Shown here: positions 1 through 12,960 of the stretch, piece after piece
How the letters are laid out: every line of letters begins with the position of its first letter
Numbering within the stretch: position 1 is the stretch's first letter
Program-made: the position numbers and the translations under genes
NCBI GenBank assembly: GCA_965113315.1
Contig: OZ220372.1
DNA from: Podarcis vaucheri
Taxonomy: Eukaryota
DNA: 64,000 bases
Direction: 5' to 3' (one strand)
The notes under the pieces: generated by a model
What the model was told of the DNA's origin: nothing
Seen by the model: only the letters and a program-made list of their open reading frames with translations
Databases searched by the model: none

Positions 1-340
1 AAATTCACCATCAGAGCACATAGCATGTCCATGACTACAGCCTGTCCCCCCCCCAAAAAAAAATCACGCACCCACTGTTGCCTGGGGCTGCAATGGTGCA
101 AAAACGTGGTTAAAAAGTATGGGTCCACATGGATCCTCAGGATCTTTGCATTGGGTCAGCCAAAATTCACCATCAGAGCACATAGCATGTCCATGGCTAC
201 AGCCTGCCCCCCCAAAAAAATCACGCACCCACTGTTGCCTGGGGCTGCAATGGTGCAAAAACGTGGTTACAAAGCATGGATCCACAGGGATTCTCAGGAT
301 TTTTGCATTGGGTCACCCCAAATTCACCATCAGATCACAT
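1..340. repeat. Minisatellite, ~160-bp unit, at least 2 copies
   Basis: Unit start aaattcaccatcaga recurs at 1, 163 and 320. Confidence 0.9.
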
Positions 341-474
341 GTCTGTGGCCACAGCATGAAGCACAAAAATGATACCTCCACTGTTTCATTCAGAATATTT
401 TTTCCCTTGTTTTCCTCCTCTAAAAACGATGTGCGTGTTATGGTCAGGTGCGTGTTATAGAGCGAAAAATACGG
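1..474. mobile_element. Right part of a non-autonomous Tc1/mariner-pogo-like DNA transposon with an internal tandem repeat
   Basis: Ends ...gtgcgtgttatagagcgaaaaatacgg followed by TA (475-476), similar to the C(C/T)GTATT-type ends of the MITEs at 49808 and 56477. The left end is outside the window. Confidence 0.6.
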
Positions 475-1179
475 TAGTTCTTTTTAATTACACACAAACT
501 GCAATAAGAAATAGCAAAATTCCATCCTCTTCTGAAACTTTCAGTATTTTGTGTAGCCAATCACTGCAGAATATTGTCTCAATAACCTCTCAGTTCTAAA
601 TGCATCAAGGGAGCATAACAAGTACAGAAATAAGATAAAAGTAGCAGCAAACAATGCAACAAAAAAAAATTATTTCAGACTTCTCTTAAAAAAAAATGTG
701 TAGGGTGACAATTTGTCTAATTGCTAACATTCATACGATACGAAGAAAACAAATCTAGAGGCAGCAGGGATCTTGGGTAAAGAAGTGAACGAGTTAGTGC
801 TGAACCACAGTTTAAACAACCTTAGTCAGTGCTGAATTTTATAAGCTATTTCCAAAAGCATCCTCATTCAGTATTATAATAATTAATTTGAAAAAGATAG
901 GCACATTGCAATGTTCCATCTCTGCTTTCTAAATACTAATATAGTGACACTAAAACTGGTGATAAAACAAAACTAATGCCTTCCCTGGTAGCTGAACTTG
1001 TAAAATTTAGAAATATGCAACATGATGAAAGAAAGAGGATGTGCATAACAACAGGGCTAGATTGTGAAACAGCAAAGAGTTCAAGATACTGGTGTCACAA
1101 CTTTCTTCTAACCCCTCTACTTCCTGGCATGAAAAGTCCCCTTAAGGGCCTGTAAATGAGAGCCTAGTTAGGTACATAC

Positions 1180-1269
1180 CTGGCGATTGCCCCCAGCTTT
1201 CACCATAGCCATGATAATATTTTCTGTACACATGAAAGGCAACTCTTGCTGAATACGTCTCGCAATAAC
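1180..1269 (-). CDS. ADSL: Adenylosuccinate lyase coding exon 11 ([30 protein letters not shown])
   Basis: 90 bp, cag/gt ends, phase 0/0; peptide recognised as ADSL. The gene continues beyond position 1. Confidence 0.96.
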
Positions 1270-2183
1270 CTGAATCAAACATCAAATATAAGTATAGTGT
1301 TTACAAAATGGACTGGAAAATCCAGTTTCTATGTTATCTTCATTATTTTAGTTATTCAGGGGAGAGATAACAGCTCGGCAATAAAAGTACATGCTTTGAA
1401 TAGAGAAGGCCCCAGATTAGTAGAACGTTAGAAGGACCTCTGCCCAAGTCCCTGAAGAACTGTTTGTTGCCAGTCAGAATAGATAAGACTGGGATACAAG
1501 GATAAATAGATTCATCATTTAGAAAGCAGTTTCTACTGCTAGATGGCATGTCCTTCATTAGCCTCAAATTTTATATCATTCCAGACTCTGCTACACCTCA
1601 TGAATAATAATAGCTCATTCCTAATTAAAACTGAAGAAGAAAAAATACTGCCTCCTTACACAGATTTAATGTTAAAACAGGAAGTCTAAACAACTTCGCC
1701 GCACTCCTGTGGAGCAAGCCAGCTACCTCTCTTGTTCACAGTAAAAATAACATAGTAATGAATGAATTTAAAAAATGCTTCAAGTTGTCAGTTTTGTCTC
1801 ACCACCATACTTCAGGGAGTTGTATGCCTGCTCTTACTTTTTAAAATGCCACGCATGCATTTATTAATTTAAACAGTTATGTGTTAAATGATTTTTTCTT
1901 CAATATTACAAGAGAAGTAAAAACTATTCAGGGGATGGGTTCTTCTTATATAAGCTAGTCCACTGGAACTGTGCACAGTTGAAACCTGCTGCAGACTCCT
2001 GAAACTGCTATCTTAATCCCTTGGATAGAGGTTCCCATACTTAACTGTGCCCAGCATTCATTAGATTGGACCTGCACTGGGTATCTGCTTCGTAGTGACT
2101 GTGCCCTACCCATCTGTAAAAACTCCACTATGCAGCTAAATGGAATTTAACAGTTGACATGAATCAGATTGTTTTTAAAAGCT

Positions 2184-2327
2184 TAGAATCATAGAACTGT
2201 AGAATTGGAAGGAACACAAGGGCCATTGAGTCCAACCCCCTGCAATGCAGGAAACTTTTGCCCAACGTGGGGCTCGAACCCACGACCCTAAGATGAGTCT
2301 CATGCTCTTCCAGCTGAGCTATTTCCC
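2184..2327 (-). mobile_element. tRNA-Lys(CTT)-derived SINE with CR1-type 3' tail
   Basis: Minus strand tagctcagctggaagagcatgagactc..agggtcgtgggttcgagccccacgttgggc (tRNA-Lys head with anticodon-loop deletion), then ...ccttccaattctacagttctatgattcta (CR1-like tail). Confidence 0.8.
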
Positions 2328-2711
2328 TCCTTATACATGCCCAGGGCTGGAAGTGGGTGCTGATTTATGGCAGAGTTTTTGAAATTTTCTGTTCTTAAAG
2401 TACTAATCTCATGTCTGCGAAGGAAGTCCTGCTGTGTATGTGTGTGTGTGTGTCTATGCTCAGTTGTGTGGAGTTGTGGCTAGGGTTGTTGGTCCTTGCC
2501 AGCACTCCTGTGTTAACCGAGTGTGCATTAAAAATACATATTCAACTCACAGTGGCTGTGAAGGGAAGACTGATAACAGGAAGCAAGCTGTGTTTCAGGT
2601 GACAACACCCTGAAAAGCTTCCAAGGGACCCTAGGCTTTTCCCAGAAAACAGTTTGAAAACCACCAATACAGGAGAAAGAGACCGCTCACACTTCCTCTG
2701 AGTCTTCTTAC

Positions 2712-2802
2712 CTTGGGATATACCACAAGACCCTCAGAGATATTTTGCAGGGTGCTAAGTATTATGTCAGCAGTGAGGAAGGCTTCAGGTAAACACACGC
2801 GC
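2712..2802 (-). CDS. ADSL: ADSL coding exon 10 ([30 protein letters not shown])
   Basis: 91 bp, cag/gtaag ends, phase consistent with neighbours. Confidence 0.97.
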
Positions 2803-3654
2803 CTGTGGAAAAAGTCACAAGAGTACCAGAATTGGAGGGAGGGAGAAGTTGCAGCATTCCCACAGAAAGGACTTTTTAAACAGTTCAGTACTATTTTTTC
2901 TTTCCTCATTAATTTGCTTACTCTTCCTATTTTCCACACTAGGCAGTGTTTTAAGGAACATTTTGTTGGGGTGGATGGATCATCCCAGTTCTGTCCTGTG
3001 TCAGTTTTGTGTATTCACAAAACTAACTCCATGCCATCCAGTTTATGGATAGATGTTTTAAATTTTAAAAATCTGCCCTGTTTTACTGAAAGAACTGCTT
3101 ATGAGATGGTCCAAGGGCTGCCCCTTTTGTCAACATTTTACAGCTACTTGGGGAACCAAACACTTCCTCCGTTAAATGGGAACAGCCATCTTTTTCTTTG
3201 TACAATTCTGCATGTTGTGATAATACAGGTGCTTTCTGGGAGCGTTTTAAAACAGATTCTTTACTGTGTAGCCTTGGAGGAGATATTGGCTGCTCTAAGT
3301 AGCTGGTCAAGTTTTAAAGAAACTTTAAAACTCCTAAGTACAGTACAGAAGCAGGCATGGATTTGTTCATTGATTATGTGTCTTAATCCACAAATCAAAG
3401 TTCTGAGACACACATGAATCCAATGGGGGCAAAATGAGCAAGAATCATCTGCACCTCCAGCTTAGCTTTCAGAAATTACATCCTTCAGTGGTGGCCTTGT
3501 ACATTTTATACTAGTTAAAAAAGGTTCCACTGAAATCAGAAGTTCACTTCCAAGTAAGTATGTTTAATATTTTGGGTGCAGTTCACAATATCATAGAAAG
3601 ATCTGTTGGTTTCTAAATGTATTTTGAAAACAAAGAAATAATCTCTCTGCTTCA

Positions 3655-3924
<270 letters not shown>

Positions 3925-3988
3925 CTAAAGTTCTCTCACCGTCTACAAAAGTTGCTCCGGTTATCAGCAAACATAATCCTCAGCAATA

Positions 3989-4216
3989 CAGTGGTACCTC
4001 AGGTTACAAACGCTTTGGGTTACAAACACTTCGGGTTACAAACTCTGCTAACCCAGAAGTAGTAACTTTACCCCAGGATGAGAACGGAAATCGCGTGCTG
4101 GTGGTGCAGCAGCAGTGGGAGGCCCCAATAGCAAAAGCATGCCTCAGGTTAAGAACAGATTTGGGTTAAGAACGGACTTCCGGAACGAATTAAGTTCGTA
4201 ACCTGAGGTACCACTG
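3989..4216. mobile_element. Tc1/mariner-type MITE, family A, copy 1
   Basis: TIRs cagtggtacctcaggttac / gtaacctgaggtaccactg with TA on both sides; homologous to 9374 and 13693 in opposite orientation. Confidence 0.88.
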
Positions 4217-5676
4217 TATACAATAATTTTGAATAGATAGCAGAGCTTGCACACAAAAATGTATAGATTCGGGTGTTCAAAGGAAAATAGGTTGGCTAAC
4301 TTCATGGTGACATCAGATGACAAAAGGGGTGGCCTCCCACCTGTTAGTGGCCCATGGGGTGAGTTGGACAGAGCACAACATAGCTAGGCTACTTCTAAAG
4401 CTTAGTTAAATTTAGCAGCTGTTTTTGTACCAAAATTACTATCCTTAAGACTAGGCATGGGGAGCCTATGGTCCTCCAGATGTTTTGGGCAACTCCCATC
4501 AACCTAAGCATGGCCAAGGGTGGTGGGAGATGGAAATCCACCAACATCATGAGGCCCAGAGGTTCCCTGCCCCAATTTAGACTGGGAACAGGTTGCAGTG
4601 AGCTTTTGGCCTGCACACTACCCCCTCTTGCACAGAAGGGAAAAGAGTGAAAACGTACGCTCTCGCTTTAAAACAAACCAGGGTTTCACATTATATGTAG
4701 TTTGTTCAACCCAAGGTTAACTAGCAAATTGGGATCTGAAACTATCGTTTGAATCTGACTTGTTGACACTGATTTTGGTTTGAATAAACCAGTTTCCACC
4801 CTGAGACCTCCAGGTATAGGACAGTATATAAATTCAATAAAATAATAGTAGTAGTTTCTGGGAGGAGGTTGCAATAATTTTTATTGGGATTTTTATTAAA
4901 GTGATACAAAATAGTACCAAGAACAAGGCAAAAAATTAAGCAATAAAGCACAGTCAAACTAGATAGAATCATGATGGAGACTGAAAGTAACCAGTGGAAA
5001 AAAATATATCAGTTATACCATATATTACATAAATTAATCACATTTTTTTTTTAAAAAAAAGCTGTATTGGAAGCAAAAGAAAAGTCAGTAAGGGATTGAA
5101 AAGACCTTAGTATTTCAGTCTGGGGCCCTCCAGAGAGCAAGTCTTGAGACAAACTGTGGCTTGTACTTTGCCTGCAAACCATTACTGGAAACCAGGATCA
5201 AACTATGGTTTTAATTCTTTGTTTGCAACACAAGTGTAAAATATAGATTTCCACTTTGCCTCAGAACAGGCAATGAGGAATCACTGCATGCAAAGACAGA
5301 GAGTAGTGTTTGAGGCCAAGGTTCCTCGACTGTTCAGTTTCATAGCATTAGGGCATGGTTTGGAATTACATCTAAAGCAGCCCATTATCTCACTTTCTCA
5401 GAGGAGTCACAGTTTCAGACTCCTTACAGCAACTTGTTGGATAGCTAGCAAAGCAGTAGCTTCAGAAATTTAATTTGCTGGAGACTGTATGCGTGCACGT
5501 ACTCCTTAACTGTCTTTTAAATAAAAATGGGATGTAAATGTACCAGCTGATCCACTCTGAGACATGTTTACACATATTCCATTTTTACTCTAATTTCAAT
5601 CATTCAACTTCAAAAGGGTGATCAATACAAGTTAATTTAAAAACAACAAAATTCTGTTTCTACAGCCATTGCTTAC

Positions 5677-5746
5677 CAATCTGGTCTTTCTCAAAAGGTT
5701 CCTCTAATTCTTTGAGGTTGGCCAGAAGGCGAATATCAGTACATAT
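5677..5746 (-). CDS. ADSL: ADSL coding exon 8 ([23 protein letters not shown])
   Basis: 70 bp, cag/gtaag ends. Confidence 0.97.
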
Positions 5747-6520
5747 CTGGAGAAAAACAACTCTAATTAGTTCAGACACTATTTCTGGGCAGCATTAGTA
5801 TTCATCAGAAATCTTGGAGCTGGTTCATTTTACTAACAACTGGGGAGAAAAAGAGATTAATTAATTTCAGATGCAGACACAGACTTAATACATGCAAGAT
5901 TTCATAATTAGCACTGAGTCTATGATACAAAGAAATAGTATAAAAAATTCATCATCTTATTTTAAAGGACATAGGAGAAATTCTGAATATAAACATATTC
6001 CCCAGCCCAAAACATACAGATTTGAATTCAAGCCTATTATACAAGTGACACTCAACTTATGCTGGGGTTATATTCTGGGGATAGCACATAAAGCCAAAAT
6101 CACATGTAGTGAAAACACATTGGGTTCACTGGTGGGTGGGATTGCCAAAGTCTTTTTTCCCAGGTGTCTGCCCCCCTGAGTCACTCTCCCAACTTCCGAA
6201 CACTGTGCATTGCTTCTGCTTACTGGCAGAGAGAGGCAAGGAAGTGCAGGCGCAGTAGCAGGAATGGTGGACTGGCTCGCTTTCACTTTTTCAGCCATCT
6301 ATAATTCAATAGATCTAGGATATCTCCTAGATATCCGGTATACTACAGAAATCTGTGTTAAACACAGGAGAAAAGCAAAACATCAGAATGTGACCACAGT
6401 TTCTAAAAGCTTGAAACCTCTAAAGAAATAATTTATGTGGCTGTGCAACTCAAGAAGGCATCCAATTGAGCCCCGATTCTCAATGGTGCCTTTGAATATA
6501 GAATTTGAAGTAGTTCTTAC

Positions 6521-6611
6521 CTTATGTACAGATGCCCCTAGACTGGCCAGAACAGAAAGAACTTCAATATCCACTTTGCGACTGTATGTCTGCCCTGTGA
6601 CGATATAAGCG
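6521..6611 (-). CDS. ADSL: ADSL coding exon 7 ([30 protein letters not shown])
   Basis: 91 bp, cag/gtaag ends; contains the conserved TGQTYSRK motif. Confidence 0.97.
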
Positions 6612-7293
6612 CTGAAACCAAACACAAAGATAAAGCACCATGAAGTTTAACAGAGCCTATAAATGAGATTGAGAGAGCATGCAACAAGGAATGAATATCA
6701 CACAACATCAACTGGTTCCTTGTCCCTCATTTTATATCTGCTTCCTGATCCAGTGATGGTACACTATTCGTTTGAAACAATCTAGAGAAATTCTTTGTGT
6801 GACTGTACAATTCAGTTTAACATGCAGTAGGGTAGCAAAAAAAAAAGGGGGGGGGGACATGCATTCACATGGAGAAGAGCAAAACTGCAAAGGACTAAGA
6901 TGGAAGTTCCATTACAAACCTACATCATGGAGTAGATTATGTAAGCACAACCTTTCCCCTAATAGGTCCTAGCAGTTAGCAGCAACAGCGGGAATGTTAA
7001 TTGCAGAGCAGAATCCAAATTTATGCATAGGGTCCAGAGGTGCTCATCTTAAGAACGCGGAAGGGCCACAGTTTAATGGCAGGCTTTGCACATATAAGAT
7101 CACAGCTTCAATCAATGATATCTCCAAGTAAGGCTGGAAGCTCTGGAAAACCATGCTGCCAGTCAGTTAGTCCAGATATGACAGTACTAAGTGTAAGACA
7201 ACACCAGTGGTCTGACTCAATATAAAGGCAGATTTCTGTGTTCTTAAAGCAGTAAAGGCAAGGAAGGAGAGGGTTTTTTGCTTTTTTACATAC

Positions 7294-7340
7294 CGCTTAA
7301 ATCCCGCCATTGCAGTCACCAGCCTGTCCAGCTCCTCCAC
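7294..7340 (-). CDS. ADSL: ADSL coding exon 6 (VEELDRLVTAMAGFKR)
   Basis: 47 bp, gag acceptor and gtatgt donor; required for frame continuity. Confidence 0.95.
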
Positions 7341-7816
7341 CTCAGGGGAAAAATATGATAGGAACCTCACTCAGAATGCAGTGGCTGAAGTGGGAATGAT
7401 TGTGCCTCTTGCACTATTCTGAGCACTATAGGTGTTTTGCTGATGCAATCACTATATTGCCCTATGCTCAATCTGCTGTCTGCTTCCCACAGAAATAAAA
7501 ATTCTTCCGTAGGTCTCATGCAAATTTAATATTGGCAAAAGCCCTAGAGTGAAATGTCCCAGGAAGCAACTTTGCTCATTTCTTGATTGGGGCATAAGGT
7601 GCACCTTATGGATTTTCTGACTGCTGATCTAGAACTATTTTTTTACTGGTTTTGCTGTGGAATTTTGTTGTTTTTAGATGCTGTTTCAATAGTTTATTCC
7701 ACTACTGCTCAGGAAGTTTATGTTGAATGGAAGCCTGTGATTACCACTACATAATACAAGTCAAGTGTTCCCAAACTAACTGCAATTCAAAACTGACACT
7801 TGCTGGGGATACGTAC

Positions 7817-7988
7817 TTTATCATGATCTCCTTCAAAGAGCTGCAAGAAGCTGGCCTGTGTACCAGTGGTGCCTTTCACACCACGAAATCTCAACTCATC
7901 TCGTGCCCGCTCAAGATTGTGGAGGTCCATGCAGAGATCTTGGATCCACAGACAACAGCGTTTACCCACAGTAGTCAGCTGGGCAGGC
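7817..7988 (-). CDS. ADSL: ADSL coding exon 5 ([10 protein letters not shown]...[23 protein letters not shown])
   Basis: 172 bp, cag/gtacg ends. Confidence 0.98.
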
Positions 7989-8251
7989 CTGAAAGAACAC
8001 AGAATATGACTCAAGAATAAGCCTGTACAGCTTCATTCATGTTACTATACAGTGTTTGCACTTGATGCTTTGCAAGCATTTCTATCACAGTTTCTTTCAG
8101 AATCTTATAGCCGTGATTCATTTAGTTTTCTGGAGTTTAATCTTGCACAGTAGCAATTAAAGGCCGCTGATCTGAGGGTGAATAAAAGAAATGGGGTAGA
8201 AATGGGAGCAGCATCCACAGAATTAAATGAGTATTTGTATGAATTACTTAC

Positions 8252-8331
8252 TGGTAGTGAGTGAAGCCCAAGGTGGGCAAGTCAGCATACTTCTCAGCAA
8301 AGTCTGCAAGACGGCTGATCACCCTAGCAAG
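8252..8331 (-). CDS. ADSL: ADSL coding exon 4 (LARVISRLADFAEKYADLPTLGFTHYQ, catalytic His)
   Basis: 80 bp, tag/gtaagt ends. Confidence 0.97.
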
Positions 8332-8549
8332 CTAGCAAGATTGAATGAAAGAAGGAAAACACGAGGGAAGTCACAAAATAATTATTTACATTTTTATCCA
8401 ATTTTCCTTTCAAGAAGGGTAGGGCAGAATACAAGGTTCTTCATTCCATAGAGAGAGAGAATCTGACAGTCAAGTCTGAATCATTCTCCAAGAAGAATTG
8501 TAAAATGCTTGGAGAGAAAAATATATAACTTAATATGATGCCTCTATAT

Positions 8550-8578
8550 TACTGCTACTACTACTGCTACTACTACTA
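8550..8578. repeat. (TAC/TGC)n trinucleotide microsatellite
   Basis: tactgctactactactgctactactacta. Confidence 0.8.
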
Positions 8579-8904
8579 TTAGTTATTTCATTTAGGTGTG
8601 ACCCTTGCAGAGTGAGGGATTTATAACAGAGCATATATAAAACAGTTAGAACAACTGAATACATGAAAACAATTAAATATATATATATAAAAGTTTAAAA
8701 CAACAAGATACAGTACATAAAATCAATTCATGTTATATTATTAACTCTGTATGAACACAACTGGAATCCAATACTGATCAGGTGCCTTGGAAAATAACTA
8801 CTTTTTTCTCAGTGTCTTGGCAGCTCCTAATTGTTTCTAGTTAACTCTAGCAGACATCCACTTGGAATCAATAGCACCCACCTCTTAAAAACTGTGTGTC
8901 TTAC

Positions 8905-8949
8905 CTTGGGAAGAAGCAGGTTGAATCCATCCCGGAGAACTATCAAGTC
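8905..8949 (-). CDS. ADSL: ADSL coding exon 3 (DLIVLRDGFNLLLPK)
   Basis: 45 bp, tag/gtaag ends. Confidence 0.96.
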
Positions 8950-8970
8950 CTAACAGAAAAAGGAATAAAA

Positions 8971-9000
8971 CAGTCAGTCAGTCAGTCAGTCAGTCAGTCA
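8971..9000. repeat. (CAGT)7 microsatellite in the branch-point region of ADSL intron 2
   Basis: cagtcagtcagtcagtcagtcagtcagtca. Confidence 0.95.
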
Positions 9001-9373
9001 CAATTTTATTCAACACTCACATGCTTATCTACACTCTCCTTTCAGGGTAATTTGCAATTTCCATAAAGACAAATAGGTATAACTAATATTCTCTTTGTGT
9101 ACCAAGGAATCAAGTAGTCTACTGTGCACAAGCATTTATTTTGGTCACTCAAAAATTCACTTGTGCCTCAAGGGATCAGCATTACTTCTGTGCCACCCAA
9201 GAGGGTGAAAATGAAGAGACGAGAGGGGGTGGTTATCTCACTCAGAACTTCACTGGGTTTTGAATTTTTAGCTATACAACAGTTATCTTCGTCTTTTTAA
9301 TAAAGAAAAAATTGCTGATACTTTAGAGGCTTGGTATTTCGGATACTAATGCAGGGATAGAAAAGAACCGTTA

Positions 9374-9614
9374 CAGTGGTACCTCTAGTTACGAACTTAA
9401 TTTGTTCCGGAGGTCCATTCTTAACCTGAAACTGTTCTTAACTAGAATTGTGCTTTTGCTAATGGGGTCTCTTGCTACTGCTCTGCTGCTGGCACACGAT
9501 TTCTGTTCTCATCCTGGAGCAAAATTCTCAACTCGAGGTAACTCTTCCAGGTTAGCAGAGTTTGTAACCTGAAGCATTTGTAACCTAAGGCGTTTGTAAC
9601 TCGAGGTACCACTG
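9374..9614. mobile_element. Tc1/mariner-type MITE, family A, copy 2
   Basis: TA|cagtggtacctc...gaggtaccactg|TA. Confidence 0.88.
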
Positions 9615-9665
9615 TATAGTGATTTAGTCCAGCTTATGGAGAACAATTTCATAACACTGTTTTAC

Positions 9666-9869
9666 CGTATTATCTCCCACGTAGCAGGAAGTTGCTCCAA
9701 GGTGAATTATTCCTGCAGCCTTTGGACAACAGTGGGCAAATGTATGCACATGGGCCATTACATCATGACGTAACCGCTTCTCCTCCTCAGCTGCCATCTT
9801 GAAATCTATGCTGTCCAGTTTTGCTTCCATTTCCTGTATTTGCTCATCTGTGATGGGTAGACCCAGTGA
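9666..9869 (-). CDS. ADSL: ADSL coding exon 2 ([14 protein letters not shown]...RHDVMAHVH...[14 protein letters not shown])
   Basis: 204 bp, tag/gtaaa ends; contains RHDV and HLGATS motifs. Confidence 0.98.
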
Positions 9870-11699
9870 CTACAAGGAGGGAAAAACCTGAAGTTAACTA
9901 ACACATGACCCCCTATTCAAGGACACCCCCACTAGTAAGATCACTGAATTTACACAATTAACTAGGATCTTATTCTTATGCAACTTTCAGAATCAGGGAA
10001 GGGTGACACAAAGCCCAGTTTATGCAAGATTAGCTTTTAACTACTGAGGTCAAAATCCAAAGTCCTAAGGTTATTACAGTTCTGAATGAGTTAATTTTAA
10101 AGAAACACTTCATTGCAATTAATATTAGAAAAAAATGTTATTCTTATAGATCACAACAATTTGATTTAAATAAAAACATAAAATAATTGTGTAATTTCTC
10201 TTTTTGAATTTGGCTGATTTACTGTAAAGTTTATTTCATTTTCTACCTTTGATATTCAAGCAGTTACTTCAGTTTTGTCACTGATAGTAAGTGTCCCAAA
10301 TAGCTTTAAAAACGGAAAGAGACAGCAGACTAAAAAGACTGGAGTTGCCTCAAACTTGAATGTCAACCCTGTTGTATGAAAAGGCACTACAATGCTCTAC
10401 AGTATGAAGGATTTTTTCAGAGTTCTAAAGGAAGCCATTGTACTTGACTCTGCTAGACTTTCTGAAAGCACTACCCAGAATTTACTGTAATTGACTAAAG
10501 TCTCCATAACCGTCTTTTAACACCTTTTTCAATTTTTCAGAGGAAAAATAAAGTTGTGCTTTGCCTTCCCATGATTGTATGTAACATCACATCTATTATC
10601 CTAACCCGCCTGCAGATTCTTAGGTGCCTCGTTTACCTTCTGCTGCTGTTCCCAGTGAATGCAATTTAAATTAAAAAACAAGCAGAAATGTTGCTTATAT
10701 AAAAACAAAGGCAAACAACACATAAATGTTACGCACTCTTCACTACACTGAATCCCCTACAACTAGAAATCTAATCACATCCCATGTCGGACTGAAGGGA
10801 GATCTATTGGGGATTGTTAGTAGCAGTCTGACAGAACCCTGTTGAAACGAACAGGTGCTGTGTGTCTGTCTCTCCGTTTCCACATGAAGATCAAGGCCAG
10901 AGTTGTAGCTCCTCAGGAATGTGAACATAAGGATAAAAATAACAGGCTCCCCAACTCACATTAAAGCACAAGATATGTTACAACAACATCTGCCATGCTT
11001 TCCGAAAACATGGTTCTGTTTAGATAGGAGAACTATCTTTTGCTTATGTGACTTGGTAAAGCAATATGTACACTGCTATATAATAAAATAATCATAAGAT
11101 GAAGGATCTAGAGACCCTCACCCATTTGCCGTTTGCTCTTATGTAGCGATAAATATTTGGTTTTCACAGAGAAAGTGGCATGGGGGGAGGAGCGCTTGGA
11201 AAGAGAACTTTGCCTTGAAATCCAATGCTCTTTTTGTGCAAGGGAGAATATTGGGGGGGGGGTTGTTCTTATTTTTATTATGTATTTTGTGTCTTTTATA
11301 TTATAATTTATGTTGTGAACTATCCTGAGATCTACAGATGAAGGGTGGTATACAAAATTAATATTTTTTTAAAAAAATAATAATACAAAAGTGGAGAGAA
11401 GCATAGATGAGCCCTTTGTTGTAAATTACACTCTCTAAAACTTTATATGGCATAACTTCATAGCTACTATATCTTGTACTTCAGCAAGTGACAACAACCT
11501 TTGTTAAAACATCTGCACTGGCTTCCCACATGTTCCTGGGCCAGGTTTAAAGTTATTGTGCTGATTATATATCAACACAAGTCCTGGTCTCTGTTATCAG
11601 AGATAAAGAACTGGTCTCTATTATTTATGCAGAACTTTCAGAGCACACCACTTGTCCCTTGGTTCGCTTTATACTTTACTAGGAGAAAGATCTAAATGT

Positions 11700-12396
11700 T
11701 CAAAAAGAGGAATTTGAATGGAAATCACTGTGGTCAGCTAAGCCTCACAAATCTGTTCCATCATATGTGAAGGAATGCTCAAAGGTGTGCACAGATGGAA
11801 TAGTACACCTGTGCAGATGTCTCATATTACACCGCAATCAATACAGGATTGCTGGCAGGCCTGTGGGCTCCGGGGAATATTTTTCTATCTTTGGCGGGAA
11901 TGCCCTCTGCTCTCATAATTCTGATCCCAAGTTTATAAAGAAATACTTAAAAGAATTAAATCATCTGCTCAGGCTTATCCACAACTGTCACTAATGAATT
12001 TGCGGACTGATAATAGGAAAGCTTGTCACACTAAAGATTTTTTGACATGGATCCTAGCTGGTGCTAGGATTTCAATAATCTAGCTATGGAAAGCTTAGAA
12101 AAAATCTACATTGGTCTTTGTGGTATAAGAACTTATGGACTTTTGGTTATTGTGTGTCTCCAGAGTAATGCGAGAACCCAGAACACTTCTACATCATTTG
12201 GCAGGATTTTATTTCTTACGCTTTGAACGTACATGCAATAGTCACCACCACCCATGCTAGCCTGGGAAACATGGATGCCTCAATGTATACTGGTGTGTTA
12301 CAATTTCTTTTTCTTTGTTTGTTTCTTTATGGTACAATGTAGCACCCTGCTACTAATACTTTTGGGTTGTCAGAAATAAATAAAAATTTTAAAAAA
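11700..12396 (+). mobile_element. Degraded L1/Tx1-like LINE 3' fragment
   Basis: Frame-broken translation resembles the ORF2 C-terminal zinc-knuckle region (HRWNSTPVQ..CWQACG); ends in an A-rich tail. Confidence 0.45.
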
Positions 12397-12799
12397 TCTA
12401 GAAAGTTCCGAAAATCTTGGATCCAGGATACTTTAAGGACCACATGGTACCATTTAAAGATTTTTTGAGGGTAAGTGAATCCCACTGAGAGTTGTAATAG
12501 TTTAACATTTGGATCAGAAGCTAAAATCCACTTTGTTTATTCTTGATTGACAAAATCACTTTGTGAGGTATAATACACATGAGATAAAGTGCTATTGCTT
12601 GGTAGTCAGGGTCAATCCCCTCTGGGCTGATGGGGCATATGAAATGTTACCTACGGCTAAGCAAACAACCTTGTATCTTCTGTATGGTTTAGAGTGACGT
12701 ACAGAGGTTTGTGCAACCAACATGTTCGGAATATTGCTTCCATCCCCTTGGTGACTGATAAATTGCATTGAAATGCACACACTTACAACATACCACCTC

Positions 12800-12960
12800 T
12801 GCAGTGACCTCGAGAATGGTAATCAGAAGAGAAGAGTCTTTTGGTGGCTTTAAAAAGAGGATTAGACAAATTCATAGAGGTAAAGGCTATCAATAGCTGC
12901 TAGCCTCAATGAATATGTTCTGCCTCCACGATCAGAGACAGTATGTTTCTGAGTACATTT
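12800..12960 (+). mobile_element. CR1 LINE 3' fragment
   Basis: ggctttaaaaagaggattagacaaattcat...ggctatcaatagct is typical of reptile CR1 ORF2 ends (FKKRLDKF-like). Confidence 0.55.

Noticed and set aside
1-340. CRISPR-like array
   Set aside because: Vertebrate DNA; whole units are repeated with no unique spacers.
2260-2325. tRNA-Lys gene
   Set aside because: Anticodon loop deleted, acceptor stem broken, followed by a CR1 tail; it is a SINE head.
2713-3417. 234-aa plus-strand ORF
   Set aside because: Non-ATG start, antisense to ADSL exon 10 and its intron, no recognisable domain; probably chance.
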